NCBI RefSeq assembly: GCF_963676685.1
Contig: NC_092352.1
Location: 80,786,001-80,850,000 of the forward strand
Direction: 5' to 3'
Length of the DNA stretch: 64,000 nucleotides
DNA from: Mytilus edulis
Lineage: Eukaryota
Of the stretch, positions 38,707 to 49,460 are shown one piece after another. The position numbers and the translations under genes were made by a program. Under the pieces are notes generated by a model. The model had not been told where the DNA came from and did no database searches. It saw nothing but the letters and a program-made list of their open reading frames with translations. The number at the start of each line of letters is the position of its first letter. Position 1 is the first letter of the stretch.

Positions 38707-38808
38707 GATAAACCAAGTTATAGGATAAATCACAACATAAAAGACAATGGTTATATCAAATCATAAACTGATTTAATTTAGAATACAATACATCAATACA
38801 AAGTTACC

Positions 38809-38956
38809 AGGTGTCGTATCCCGGTATGCAGAATTTTTAAATTCTATGCGTATGGATGCTTTGAACTTTACTTTGAAACTGATTATTTTATTAGTTAGAG
38901 GCTTGGGATACCTGATGAGGAAAAGCCTTGGTAGTTAAACCTTAACCGAAACACCT
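38809..38956 (+). ncRNA. Type III hammerhead ribozyme, predicted cleavage after GUC at 38815
   Basis: Stem III AGGTGT(38809-14)/ACACCT(38951-56); C17=38815; stem I GTATCCC(38816-22)/GGGATAC(38905-11); CTGATGA 38912-18; stem II closed by GG/CC (38919-47); GAAA 38948-51. Confidence 0.85.
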
Positions 38957-40467
38957 TAAAAAACAACAAATATTTATGATAAAATATTGAATTGAACAAA
39001 ATAGATTATGAAATAAAGTCAAATACTAAGAATATGTATTGGTATATAAAACACGAAATCGCGAAAAGGCGAAAACGCGAAATCGCGAAAACGCGAAAAC
39101 GCGAAAACGCGAAAACGCGAAAACGCGAAATCGCGAAAACGCGAAAACGCGAAAACGCGAAAACGCGAAATCGCGAAATCGCGAAAACGCGAAAACGCGA
39201 AAAGGCGAAAACGCGAAATCGCGAAAACGCGAAAAGGCGAAAACGCGAAAAGGCGAAAACGCGAAATCGCGAAGTCGAAAACGCGAAAACGCGAAAACGC
39301 GAAGTCGAAAACGCGAAAACGCGAAGTCGAAAACGCGAAATCGGAAAGAAAAAATATTTCGCGTTTTCGCGTTTTCGACTTCGCGTTTTCGCGTTTTCGA
39401 CTTCGCGTTTTCGCGTTTTCGCGTTTTCGACTTCGCGTTTTCGCGTTTTCGACTTCGCGATTTCGCGTTTTCGCGTTTTCGCCCTATATAATATGATGGG
39501 CGAAAACGCGAAAACGCGAAAACGCGAAATGGCCTTAACCGGCCACCATATAAAAGGTCATTGAATATTTAAATACTACGATCATATACTAATTTATAAG
39601 CAATCATAGCAGCAGAAAGTTTAAACCCTGTTCAAATAAGAGTGTATACATATATACTCGTGTGTCCCCTTTTCTGTTAACAGTGGATATTTTTTCAAGT
39701 GTTGGTGTTCTCTGTCTAATTTCCCGCTCAATTAACCCTTTCATAAAACCTATTAAAATTTTCAAAGACTTGTTTATTTTTTCAGTTTGTCAGTGCAACG
39801 TCATGTACATTTTACATATTTATTAAAAGCTCGCCATGTGTCCTCCAAACATAATTATTTCACAGTTCACCGACAAACTGTATCTACATACAATTTCATT
39901 ATACTTCAGTTACTTGTTCGATAATATTGACTGTTATCCGTTTATTATTTCATAACCCATTTTATATGAAAATTAAATTATTACACGTGTCTAAATCAAT
40001 CCAAGGTCTGGAGTAATCAAGCATTTCTATAATCATAATGTCTATGGGTTTTTTAAAGACACTTTACAGTTTCCGGATTGTCATAAGCGAGGTCATAAGT
40101 TGTAAGGAGGTCTTACTTCTGACACTCGTAGTTTGTTCAACGAATTGAACAAATATTTATCTATTCGTGATCATCATATTCTGTCATTATGAATTTCGTG
40201 ATATCTCGAATTTATTTAGTTCTTATCGCGATATTCAGAGTATCGATTTGAATTTGACTTTAAGCTGTCATCGCAGCACTAGATATCACGAATTGGACCA
40301 TCGCTAATGAGTTGAAGATTACGAATGTTGATACCGTTTTGTTACCGTAAACTTATCAAGAGATATTGAAAACCCACTGCTCATTTGTAATGTTCATCAT
40401 TGTATACAAACTATATCTACAATATAAATTTACGCCAACAATTTATTATTTACAAAAATAACTTTAC

Positions 40468-40639
40468 CCCTTCAATGGCGGACAATGCTTCTCCCTGTGA
40501 ATTGTCACTGGTATTTGTAGCTGGAGTTGTTACTGTATTGTTGTTTACTATAGTCGTCGATTTTTCCAGACGATCGATTTCCAACAGCCAAATGGCGGGA
40601 ACGGTGTTGCAAAGGTGGATAAAAAAGCAGAGGCAAAAC
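40468..40639 (-). CDS. TMEM26: TMEM26-like coding exon 2
   Basis: ttgcag|G TTT TGC...GGG|gtaaag; FCLCFFIHLCNTVPAIWLLEIDR...; phases 2 and 0 fit both neighbours. Confidence 0.9.
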
Positions 40640-43489
40640 CTGCAAAGTGCGTATAAAAATATGAATGTTATAGAACCTATTTTGACTGGTATTCGTTTTA
40701 GAATGATGAGATAGGAAACGGTGAATACAGTGAGACAACAACCCAACCAAAGAGCAGAAAACAATTAAAGGCCAACAATTGGTCTTGAACACAGCAAGAA
40801 AATCCTGCACCGGAGGCAGACTTCCGATGGCCACTTAAAAAGATGTATACTCATCAGTCAGCGAAAATAGACGCAACGTCACATTAAACTCGAAAAAATA
40901 TCAATGAACCATAAAAAAAAAATAAGACAAACATGGCCCAAAGGTTCACGACTTTGGAAATGCGGCGGGTCTAACATGTTTTGTGAAATCTCAACCCTCC
41001 ACTTTACATCTAGCCAATGTGGAATGAAAAACACACACACATACATTTTATACGAACAGTATGTTTGCCTCTTTAGTTTGATATACTTAGCCGAGTATAA
41101 CGTATAATTTTCTCAGAATTAATGGACTTCTCCCTTTTTAATTTACCTTGGAGTTCTGTGGTTTTGTTTATATTTATATATTTTTTTTATCTGCATAGTA
41201 ATTTTTTGTGATTAATCTGGCGTAGTTGTCGATAATGTTGATACAGTTTGTTCCATACTAGTTACTGTACTGGATAAGATATATAATTAAGCTATCATGG
41301 TGCTCAGTAACATGACCTTAGAAACCCCAAAAAGCGATCGAACAGCATTTGTTATTTGATACCAATCAGTTCTCCAAAACAGACAAGTTTGATATATATG
41401 CGTCACATTAGCAGTTTAAATTAATATGGTGTTGTCTCGTCGACTCCGTCACATCTCCAAAAGAGAAACATATAATTGGGAGCTGTTGCTGCATATGTAA
41501 GTTGAATAAAAGGTCTGTTCTTATGCCTGCTTTGAAGTTTGATTTGAAAGCATTTTTTGTTAATGTATATGTTGTGTACAAGATATAAGCTTGTACTTGT
41601 ACAAAAAATCTGTACAAATTATAATTTGTACAACATCACATTTGTACACAATATATACAAACGTTTCAATGGATTATATTTTATTTTCAATGTAATTAAT
41701 TCATCCCTAGTTAGCATTGTAGTGCGTAATGCCTTCGTATACAGTATTGTAAGTTCTGCAAACAGACGTGGAATGTAAATTGCCAGTTGCGTAAATTATC
41801 ATCTTTAAAATAATTAAGCATTATATTTAAAAACTTTTTAATTCATATAACTTCTGCTTCATTGATTATAACGACATTAAAAAGTTAAAAAGATGATAAA
41901 TTACCCAGGAAATCTGAGATATTAAATCACTACTTTGAAAATTCTTGCTTTCCATTTTAAGTAGGTTACGCTTAAAAGTACTTTATTTCATTTCTCGGTC
42001 ATAATCTATTCTAACTGCTGTATATGTCAAATTTAACAACAGGTAGGATGCACGTTAAATTGTAAAAACGCATTTTAAATGACGGAATATATCCACTGTG
42101 TATGCAAAGCTCTGATTCCTCGCCTGTATTTTCTTATACCCTATGTCCCTTTTTTTCTTTTTCTTTTTCAGGTCAGCCATTTAAAGTTTGCATCAAGTTT
42201 TGGATTTTCCTTTTTTTTTTTACCTCGAGCATTACTGAGGAGACATTAATTGTCAAAATCGTCAATTTGGGACATGGCCCTAAAATTACAATATTTTGTT
42301 TCCGTTTTTGCCTTTTAGATTTTTTTTAAACTCATGCTTAAAAGGTAACGTTTTTGGCAAGTCACGTAAGGTAAAAAAAAAAACAAAGAATTATCATCTT
42401 ACTTAACACAAAGATTTCTTTGTTATCAATAGTATGCTTAAATAAGAATAACACGTATAATATTTCCTCTTTGAAATATGAATACTATCTTAATCTCATT
42501 TTTTAATTTAAAACGTAATCAGTCTTCCAATTCAGTGAGCTAATGAGACAGGATCATGGCTTCTTTCATCTGACACTATGTCATATTTCTTAGTGTGTTG
42601 TTAGTGAACGAACTGCGGTACCTGATATATCATGTATACATAAAACATTTCCTAGTAATCTGTAATATGTGATTAGTATAATTTCATAATATGTAATGTA
42701 TATGTTGGGAACTTTCTTTCGTGAATTGACCAGAAGAGAGAATGTAATATATTGGCCATGTGAAACGATTGATTTTAGGTATATTGTAATTTTATCCTTT
42801 AACTTTCATTGCACCACAGAATTCTATTCTGGAAGTATTTGAAACCCCGAAGAACCTCATTTGAAATTACATTTCCCAGGGAAAATATTTACCCCTGGTT
42901 ACTCAGCCACAAATGTGGAGAGAGACTTCCATTGGGACAAAAAAAATACCAATTCATACTCATTTTGAATAAAAGCAACTTTTTTTTTTACACATCTTTG
43001 AATACGTAAAAGGGGGGGGGGGGGTCTCCACAAACAACAGCTCATATTTGGAATTCTAATTATATTAATTAAATTTGTTCTTCGATACACAACTGTTTGT
43101 AAATAAATTGAGCCTCTTAATATCCAACAAATTGTGTCAAAATATTGCAGTTTTAGTATTTCTCGAGCTAGAAATTTTGCAATCCTTTTATAAGACGAAC
43201 AATGCACTCCCTTGGCGTAATAAAAAGGTTGATGATACTGTTGGATTAGTTTCTTTAATATGTCCAGTGGTAAATATCACATTGCATATTAGACCGAGGA
43301 TATGATAATGAGATAGGAAAATGGCCATGCTTTATATACTAGACCGACATGTTAGCACGCTATTTCACAGGATAATAGATGCTGGGAGACTCTCTCCGGC
43401 CATATCATTTAGACTCTTAAGGTTTTTTTCTTACTCCTAGTGCGGCATTGTTTGAGAAACCGAACAAATACAAATTTTCAAGTAATTGG

Positions 43490-43558
43490 TTTGACCCAGT
43501 CGATAATCGAACTCACAGCCTCTCGTGCCCGTGGCGAACACTCAACCGGGAAACCACC
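43490..43558 (-). mobile_element. Degenerate tRNA-derived SINE head
   Basis: Minus strand GGTGGTTTCCCGGTTGAGTGTTCGCC...GTGAGTTCGATT...GGGTCAAACC with A-box- and B-box-like motifs. Confidence 0.45.
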
Positions 43559-43601
43559 AAACCAGTTCTGAAAAGGTAGATGTCCCCGTAAAAGAACTTA
43601 C

Positions 43602-43795
43602 CATTTGTCCTCTTGTCCTCTCTTTTTCAAAATTCTATGCTCAAGTTCTATAATGTGTAAAATATTTCCAAGTCCAAGACACCAAAACAAATTATTTCCC
43701 TGAACATCAACCGTTCTCCAAATACACAAAAAACTATGAATAAATAGTAAAGATCGAACGAAAACAGCTTGTACTACACTCCAGATTATGACCAT
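43602..43795 (-). CDS. TMEM26: TMEM26-like coding exon 1
   Basis: MVIIWSVVQAVFVRSLLFIHSFLCIWRTV...KKRGQEDK-TG|gtaagt; resembles the vertebrate TMEM26 N-terminus; spliced CDS 1185 nt = 394 aa. Confidence 0.9.
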
Positions 43796-44975
43796 CTTTA
43801 ACCCGTCTTGTCAAATGTGATTGTCAGTAATTGTTTGTATGAATAGGCAAAATATACCTTCATATATATACGCTTCACTTCATTCAAAATCACCATAAAA
43901 TTATGCATGTTGTCCTCAAAAAGTTCACTGCATTGTAACTATTTTTTGTCATACACCAATGAGATTAAAATGTCATTAAAATTAACTTGAGATCTTTTAT
44001 TGTGTCATTAAATTACATTTTACAAAATATGATTACTTATTGAAGGTAAATGTTTAATTTATCCATCATCCACCTCTTCGAATTTTTTTCTAGTTTATCA
44101 GTGTACACACGAAGACACTAGAAACCGTAGACCTCTCAATAGCCGAGACTGTATACTTATACATTGCAGATTATAAACACTTTGCATGACAAATATTTAC
44201 CCCTTTTAAACACAACACGCTCAATCTGTACTTACGATTTTTAAAAGTCCGGTGGGCGTTTGTATTCCATTGAAAGAGAATATAAGGACATCTTTTTTGA
44301 CAGATTGAATAACTGTGATAAAACGATAAGTGAAAACCATTGATATCTAAAATTTCGTACTCTCAAATAGAGACCGTGGGTCTCACGTTTTTAACAATAT
44401 GAACGTTATATTTTAGCTTTTGCAAACACATGAAACTTATTTTGAAAATAGCAATGGTTTTAGCATGAGCATGCAACCGGATCTAGATTCGAAGATTCAA
44501 GTAAATTAAGAAAAAAAATATTCCAAATTTTCCGTGAATTTGTTTCAAACATTGGGTCACAGTCCGAATATTGATAAAACCGATTCTAATTGATATCTTT
44601 AAAAATATTAACACAAGATGTAAAATATTATTCAGTTCTAAACAATTTCTGTATATATAGACATTTTTTTTTCTTCATATTTCATAGTTACAAAGCTTTT
44701 GGTTAGGAAGTTTTGCTATACCTGCAGAAGACTTATTATGAACGATATAGCACCTCCTGATATATTACGATGCTGTTGAGAATAACGGCCCAATACTACA
44801 GAGAAATAAATCAGTAAATAAAAAACAAGAAAAATAGGCCAAAAAATATAAAGAATAGAGAATGGGGTGTTTAAATTATTACATTAAGTAACTAATTGGC
44901 AAAACAATTGATGAATCGAGAAAAATGGGCAGCAAATTTAAAGAATACAGACGCTCATATATTGAGTCTTTATAT

Positions 44976-45270
44976 CTGTAATACTAGTCGCTGTACCTCA
45001 ACATAGTTGGGTTTTTTTTATGTAGAATCATCAGAGGGAATGTGTTTCTCTGCAATACCGGCCGCTATACTTTGACATATAGTTTTTTTTATGTAGAATC
45101 ATCAGGGGAGATGTGTTTCTCTGTAATACTGGCCGCTGTACCTCAACATCGGTTTTTTTTTGTAGAATTAGCAGAGGGAATATGTTTCTCTGTAGTACTT
45201 GCCACTGTACTTCGAAATATTTTTTATGTAGAATCATCAGGGGGAATGTGTTCCAGTGTAATACCTGTCG
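44976..45270. repeat. Diverged ~70-bp tandem repeat, ~4 copies, upstream of TMEM26
   Basis: Recurring CTGTAATACTGGCCGCTGTAC...TGTAGAATCATCAGGGG..TGTGTTTCT. Confidence 0.8.
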
Positions 45271-48200
45271 TTAAGCTTAAAATATTTATATATATATATA
45301 ACAACAAGTAACAAGAAAAACTTTTGGAATTTAATAATGTCACCAAAAACGTTGATTTTTGCTATATATATATATGAAGACTGTGTGTTGAGCTCTAGAT
45401 GTCATTTGGTTATTCATGTTTGCATTATTGATGTCCGACAGTATTCTGGACACTGTTAGATGATACGTATTTTGCAATAATTGGGAGTCTAGGGCAGTGA
45501 CAAATATTTGACATATATACTTTAAATAAGTTAATATTATGAAGAAAACAAGTTGCATATGCCCATAATATATTATCAGTCATATTAACCCTGTCAATTT
45601 TTGAAAAATTAATAGCTATCAAGCAATATTTTATTTATGTAAAAAGTTTAAATTTCTGTCGTTCGGTCAAAATAAAAGAAAAACGACATCGCGTAACGTT
45701 AACAAATACTAAAGTGGATTTCCCGTTTGAATGGTTTTACACTAGTCATTTAGGGGGCCCTTTATATCTTTCTGTTCGGTGTAAACCAATGCTCCGTGCA
45801 TGTAAAAAGCCTTACTTTGACCTAGGATGACACTTGTACCACATCTTCTTATATCTATGAATACCGTGGGTAACGTCTGTGTATACTGACACACATTACA
45901 AATCTCCACTAATTCTTGTTTAAAATAGATTAAATGATGATTGTACTCTGTTTACTTTTATGCCTTCAATATGGAACTATTATGAAGTCTATACTTAAAA
46001 AGAATCTACGTCCATCGTTGGCCATGGTGAAAACTGGGAATAGTATATCCATCAATAACAATGTATTATATTTATTTTGTATATATATACATGTATTAAC
46101 GAAACATAAACTGTATATATGTTTTGTCTATATACTTATGCAAGTCAATTGCAAGTTTATATTCTACTAGGTGAATTAAGTAGCTTTGAAATGAATTATT
46201 TACAAGACACTACGGAATATCCATTCATGATCCTTTTCATGTTTATTGACATATTGACAAGCTGTCTCATACATGTAAATTGTCCATTCTACTTATATAC
46301 ATATAAAATGTCCAACGTCCATAAAACTGCCAGTATATGCTAAACTTCCACTCTCCAGACTTTCCTTGTCGGCCTACTAATTATTGACATGTTGTACATA
46401 CAGTAAAGGATTTCAAATATTACATACTTGATGGATTATATTCTCTATGATTATAAAATTTAATCATATATAACAAGGAAAAGTCCGTATGTATGCACGA
46501 TTTGATTAAACATCTTAATAAACTTTTACGGGCCACACCAACCTATTTTAATTTGATATGACTAATATTCAATTACTAGTAAAGGAAGAGTAGACAAAAA
46601 TATGAATGAGCAATGCAATCTTATTCTTTTATCTTTAAAACAATGATAAATTAAAGGAAGCGCTTCATACTAAATATGTGCGCACGGTCAACGCTTTTAC
46701 AACCCTATATGAAGTTACAAAAAGAAGCATTCAATACTTATAATTACATTTTTTAGCAATGATCATGAAAAAACGAATTTTATTATTGTTTTATTTAATT
46801 CACCTGTGCACTTTATTGTGCGACCACGTGTTATCATGAATGAAGAGTTTTATTGAGCAATGCAATTGCTTACGGAATAACACGTGATGTGCAGTTAGCC
46901 AATCAGAATAAAGTATCATAATGAAACATACATCTAATGTAATTATAAGAGAATGCGACAATTTTGGCAACAGGGGAGGGAGTAAAATTTTACGCTTGCC
47001 ATTTGTCCTGTCGATATTTGTGTAAAAAAAAAGATGTGTTGACCCAAACAAAATTTGAAAGAGGATCCTTTTTTTCTCAAAATTCTAAAGCGATTGAAAT
47101 ATAGTTTTAAAAATTGCCTAGTTACAGAATACAGAAATATAACGTTATTGATAACAATGTGTGTCGTTTCCTCTTATATTGAAACTTTGGGAACGACAAC
47201 TTGATCTAATGGAAAGGGTATATAGAGATTAGGAAACTAAATATCATGGCTTGGGAAGAACTTAATTACATTACATTGCGTTACAAGATATGATGAGAAT
47301 GAATTATCTGCTTCACAACAACATGCAGAAACCCTTTGAGTGCAAAAGTGAAACTATTGTTTTTGCACTGCAGACCCCTCTCTCCCCAAGAGGTATAGGG
47401 GGAGGATTGGGATCTAAAAAAAAACATGTTTTACCCCGCCGCATTTTTGTGTTTGTTTCAAGTCAGGAGGTTCTAGCATTTGTAAGTCTTGTATGATTTT
47501 TTATTTTAGTACATTTATACATTTAGGAGTTTAGTATGACGCCATTTTCACCGAACTAGTATATACACATTTTGCCGAAAAAATGAAGTGCGCCGGTTTA
47601 GCTGTGTGGGTAAACCAGTACGCAGCCATGTACAGTCATATTGAAACAGTCAAATTTGCTGTTTCGTGCAAAGAAATTGTCACTCGTATACTCGCACTGG
47701 CAAACAGACGACCTACTTTAGCGAGTGACCATATGTTTATTTCCAGCGTTTTGACTGAGGGGTTCAAAGGTGGACTGTTGCAAGACAAATTTCCCATCCC
47801 TTTCCTGTTCAATATAACCTCATTTTCCAGTTGCAGCAGTAAAAAATGTCCTGACCTTCATCCCCTTACTGCCTTTTTTACAGGACCTACCTTTATTATA
47901 TACATTGCTATTTTTTTCTCGTCCAGAAACATTTGCCACTGGACATTATAAGCAACGAACAATAAATCAATCTTATATTTACAGACTTGACGTTACATGT
48001 ATACATAATAAAACGTCAAGTGCGTCTAATCGTAAAAGACATGACCAAATTCAGATTTCATTTGTAAATGTGACGCTCTAACCTAAAAGCTAGTTCTATT
48101 ATAATATGAATAGCCTTGGTGGCATTTTTTCTTTTCTTTTTATTTATTTCTATTTTATTTCAGACATAATTTGTTTTTACTTTTGTGGCTATTTTTGTAT

Positions 48201-49373
48201 TTTTAAATGCAAACCTTAAATTTCGTGCATAATCGAAATTATGTGAAATTCAAAATGAAAACACAAATTAACACTTTTCAAAAGAAAAGAATTCATGACG
48301 ACAATTGAAATTGCAGTATTTCACTTGAAACCAAAATAATTAGAAAAATTAAGATAATAAAATTTCCGAGGAAAATTTAAAACGGAAAGTCCTTTATTAT
48401 ATCGTATATATGGCAAAATCAAAAGCTCAAACACACCCAACAGATGGATAACGAATATTTTATAAAGGGTTCACGCCAAAAGCATCCATGTATAATATTT
48501 TAGCTTTGAAGAGATATTGAATCAAAGGTAGGACATGTTTGTTCCAATGGGTGATAAAATAAAATGTTTGAATTTTACCGCGCTCAAACTTTAACCTTTT
48601 CCGGATCGGAACAAGCAGTTAGAATCGCCCAAGGGTGAAAGCCAAGAAGAAAGAGTTGTAAGTGTATAAACATATGTGGCCTTTTACTTCTCTGTCAGTT
48701 AAAACTCTCTACCATAAAAATGTACATGATGAACACAAGTGAACATAGAACAAAGGTTTAAATTATGAACTTCAAGCTGACTGAGACGTGCAGGTATGAG
48801 AAAGCCTGAACTGCATCAATTCTGTTTTCAACAGTCTCCCCTAAAACGCAAAGTGGATATATTTCTTATAATTGTCGTATGTGTCACAGAAATACAGGCA
48901 CTACTTCATCTACAGGGTATGAATAAAAGATCATAAAAAGTTAACTGATGGACTTTTCAATGAATAAGTGTTTTTTTTCACGAAACATTGGGCCGTCTCC
49001 AGGAACGGCATGGTCTAAAACGTGGAAGTGTAAACAAATAAAATAAATTTATATATAATTTATACCAGAGACATATAATACAAACAGAAATTTAAAGTTC
49101 ATATAATTACTCAAACACTGAAAGAAAACTATTGCATTGATATTGCAACACCAAATTTCTCAGTTGGACCTGGGATCTGATAATTAAAAGGAGTAGGTTT
49201 GAACAGTAAGACCCCTTTTTGGCCCCAAAATAGAGCAGTTTTACAAAATTGTGATAATGGAAGACATGTAATCTTTCAGCTATTTATTGGAATGAAGAAT
49301 GCTTCTGCTACATAAATATGGGCTGTTTTTGACAATATAATGCACATTTATCGGATACTAGCATCATAAAGTC

Positions 49374-49460
49374 TAGTCCAAATAATTATGAGGTCTTAAC
49401 AGAAGGCGTCCCAGAAAAAAAATAAAATAGCCTTGCCAGACATCATAATTATTTGGACTA
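49374..49460. mobile_element. Shorter copy of the TAGTCC / 9-bp TSD MITE
   Basis: TAGTCCAAATAATTATGA TIRs; CATAAAGTC duplicated on both sides. Confidence 0.88.

Larger units (their letters stand above)
37143..39550. mobile_element. Composite foldback-like element: ~700-bp inverted arms, 6-bp TSD, Penelope-like RT relic and hammerhead ribozyme
   Basis: Arms 37143-37839 and 38816-39550 are reverse complements; ends TATGGTGGCCGG...CCGGCCACCATA; TAAAAG at 37137-37142 and 39551-39556. Confidence 0.93.

Noticed and set aside
38704-38815. Readthrough or selenocysteine extension into an endonuclease
   Set aside because: The stop is TAG, not TGA, and the ~110 nt downstream show no GIY-YIG or Cys motifs
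37143-39550. Polinton/Maverick or true telomere interpretation
   Set aside because: 6-bp TSD and long TIRs fit Polintons, but the ends are not AG...CT and no pPolB, integrase or capsid remnant is seen; the repeat is not TTAGGG and is interstitial
37109-39564. Long Arg/Lys- or Phe-rich ORFs (139-190 aa) in the arms
   Set aside because: Translations of the stop-free CGCGAAAA octamer array in several frames on both strands; not protein-like
40400-40834. Overlapping 104-109-aa ORFs around TMEM26 exon 2
   Set aside because: Only 40639-40468 is supported by splice sites and homology; the rest are shadow frames or run into a SINE-like repeat
48560-48665. Candidate first non-coding exon and promoter of the ZNF gene (donor GTT|GTAAGT at ~48658)
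   Set aside because: Plausible but cannot be supported without transcript data
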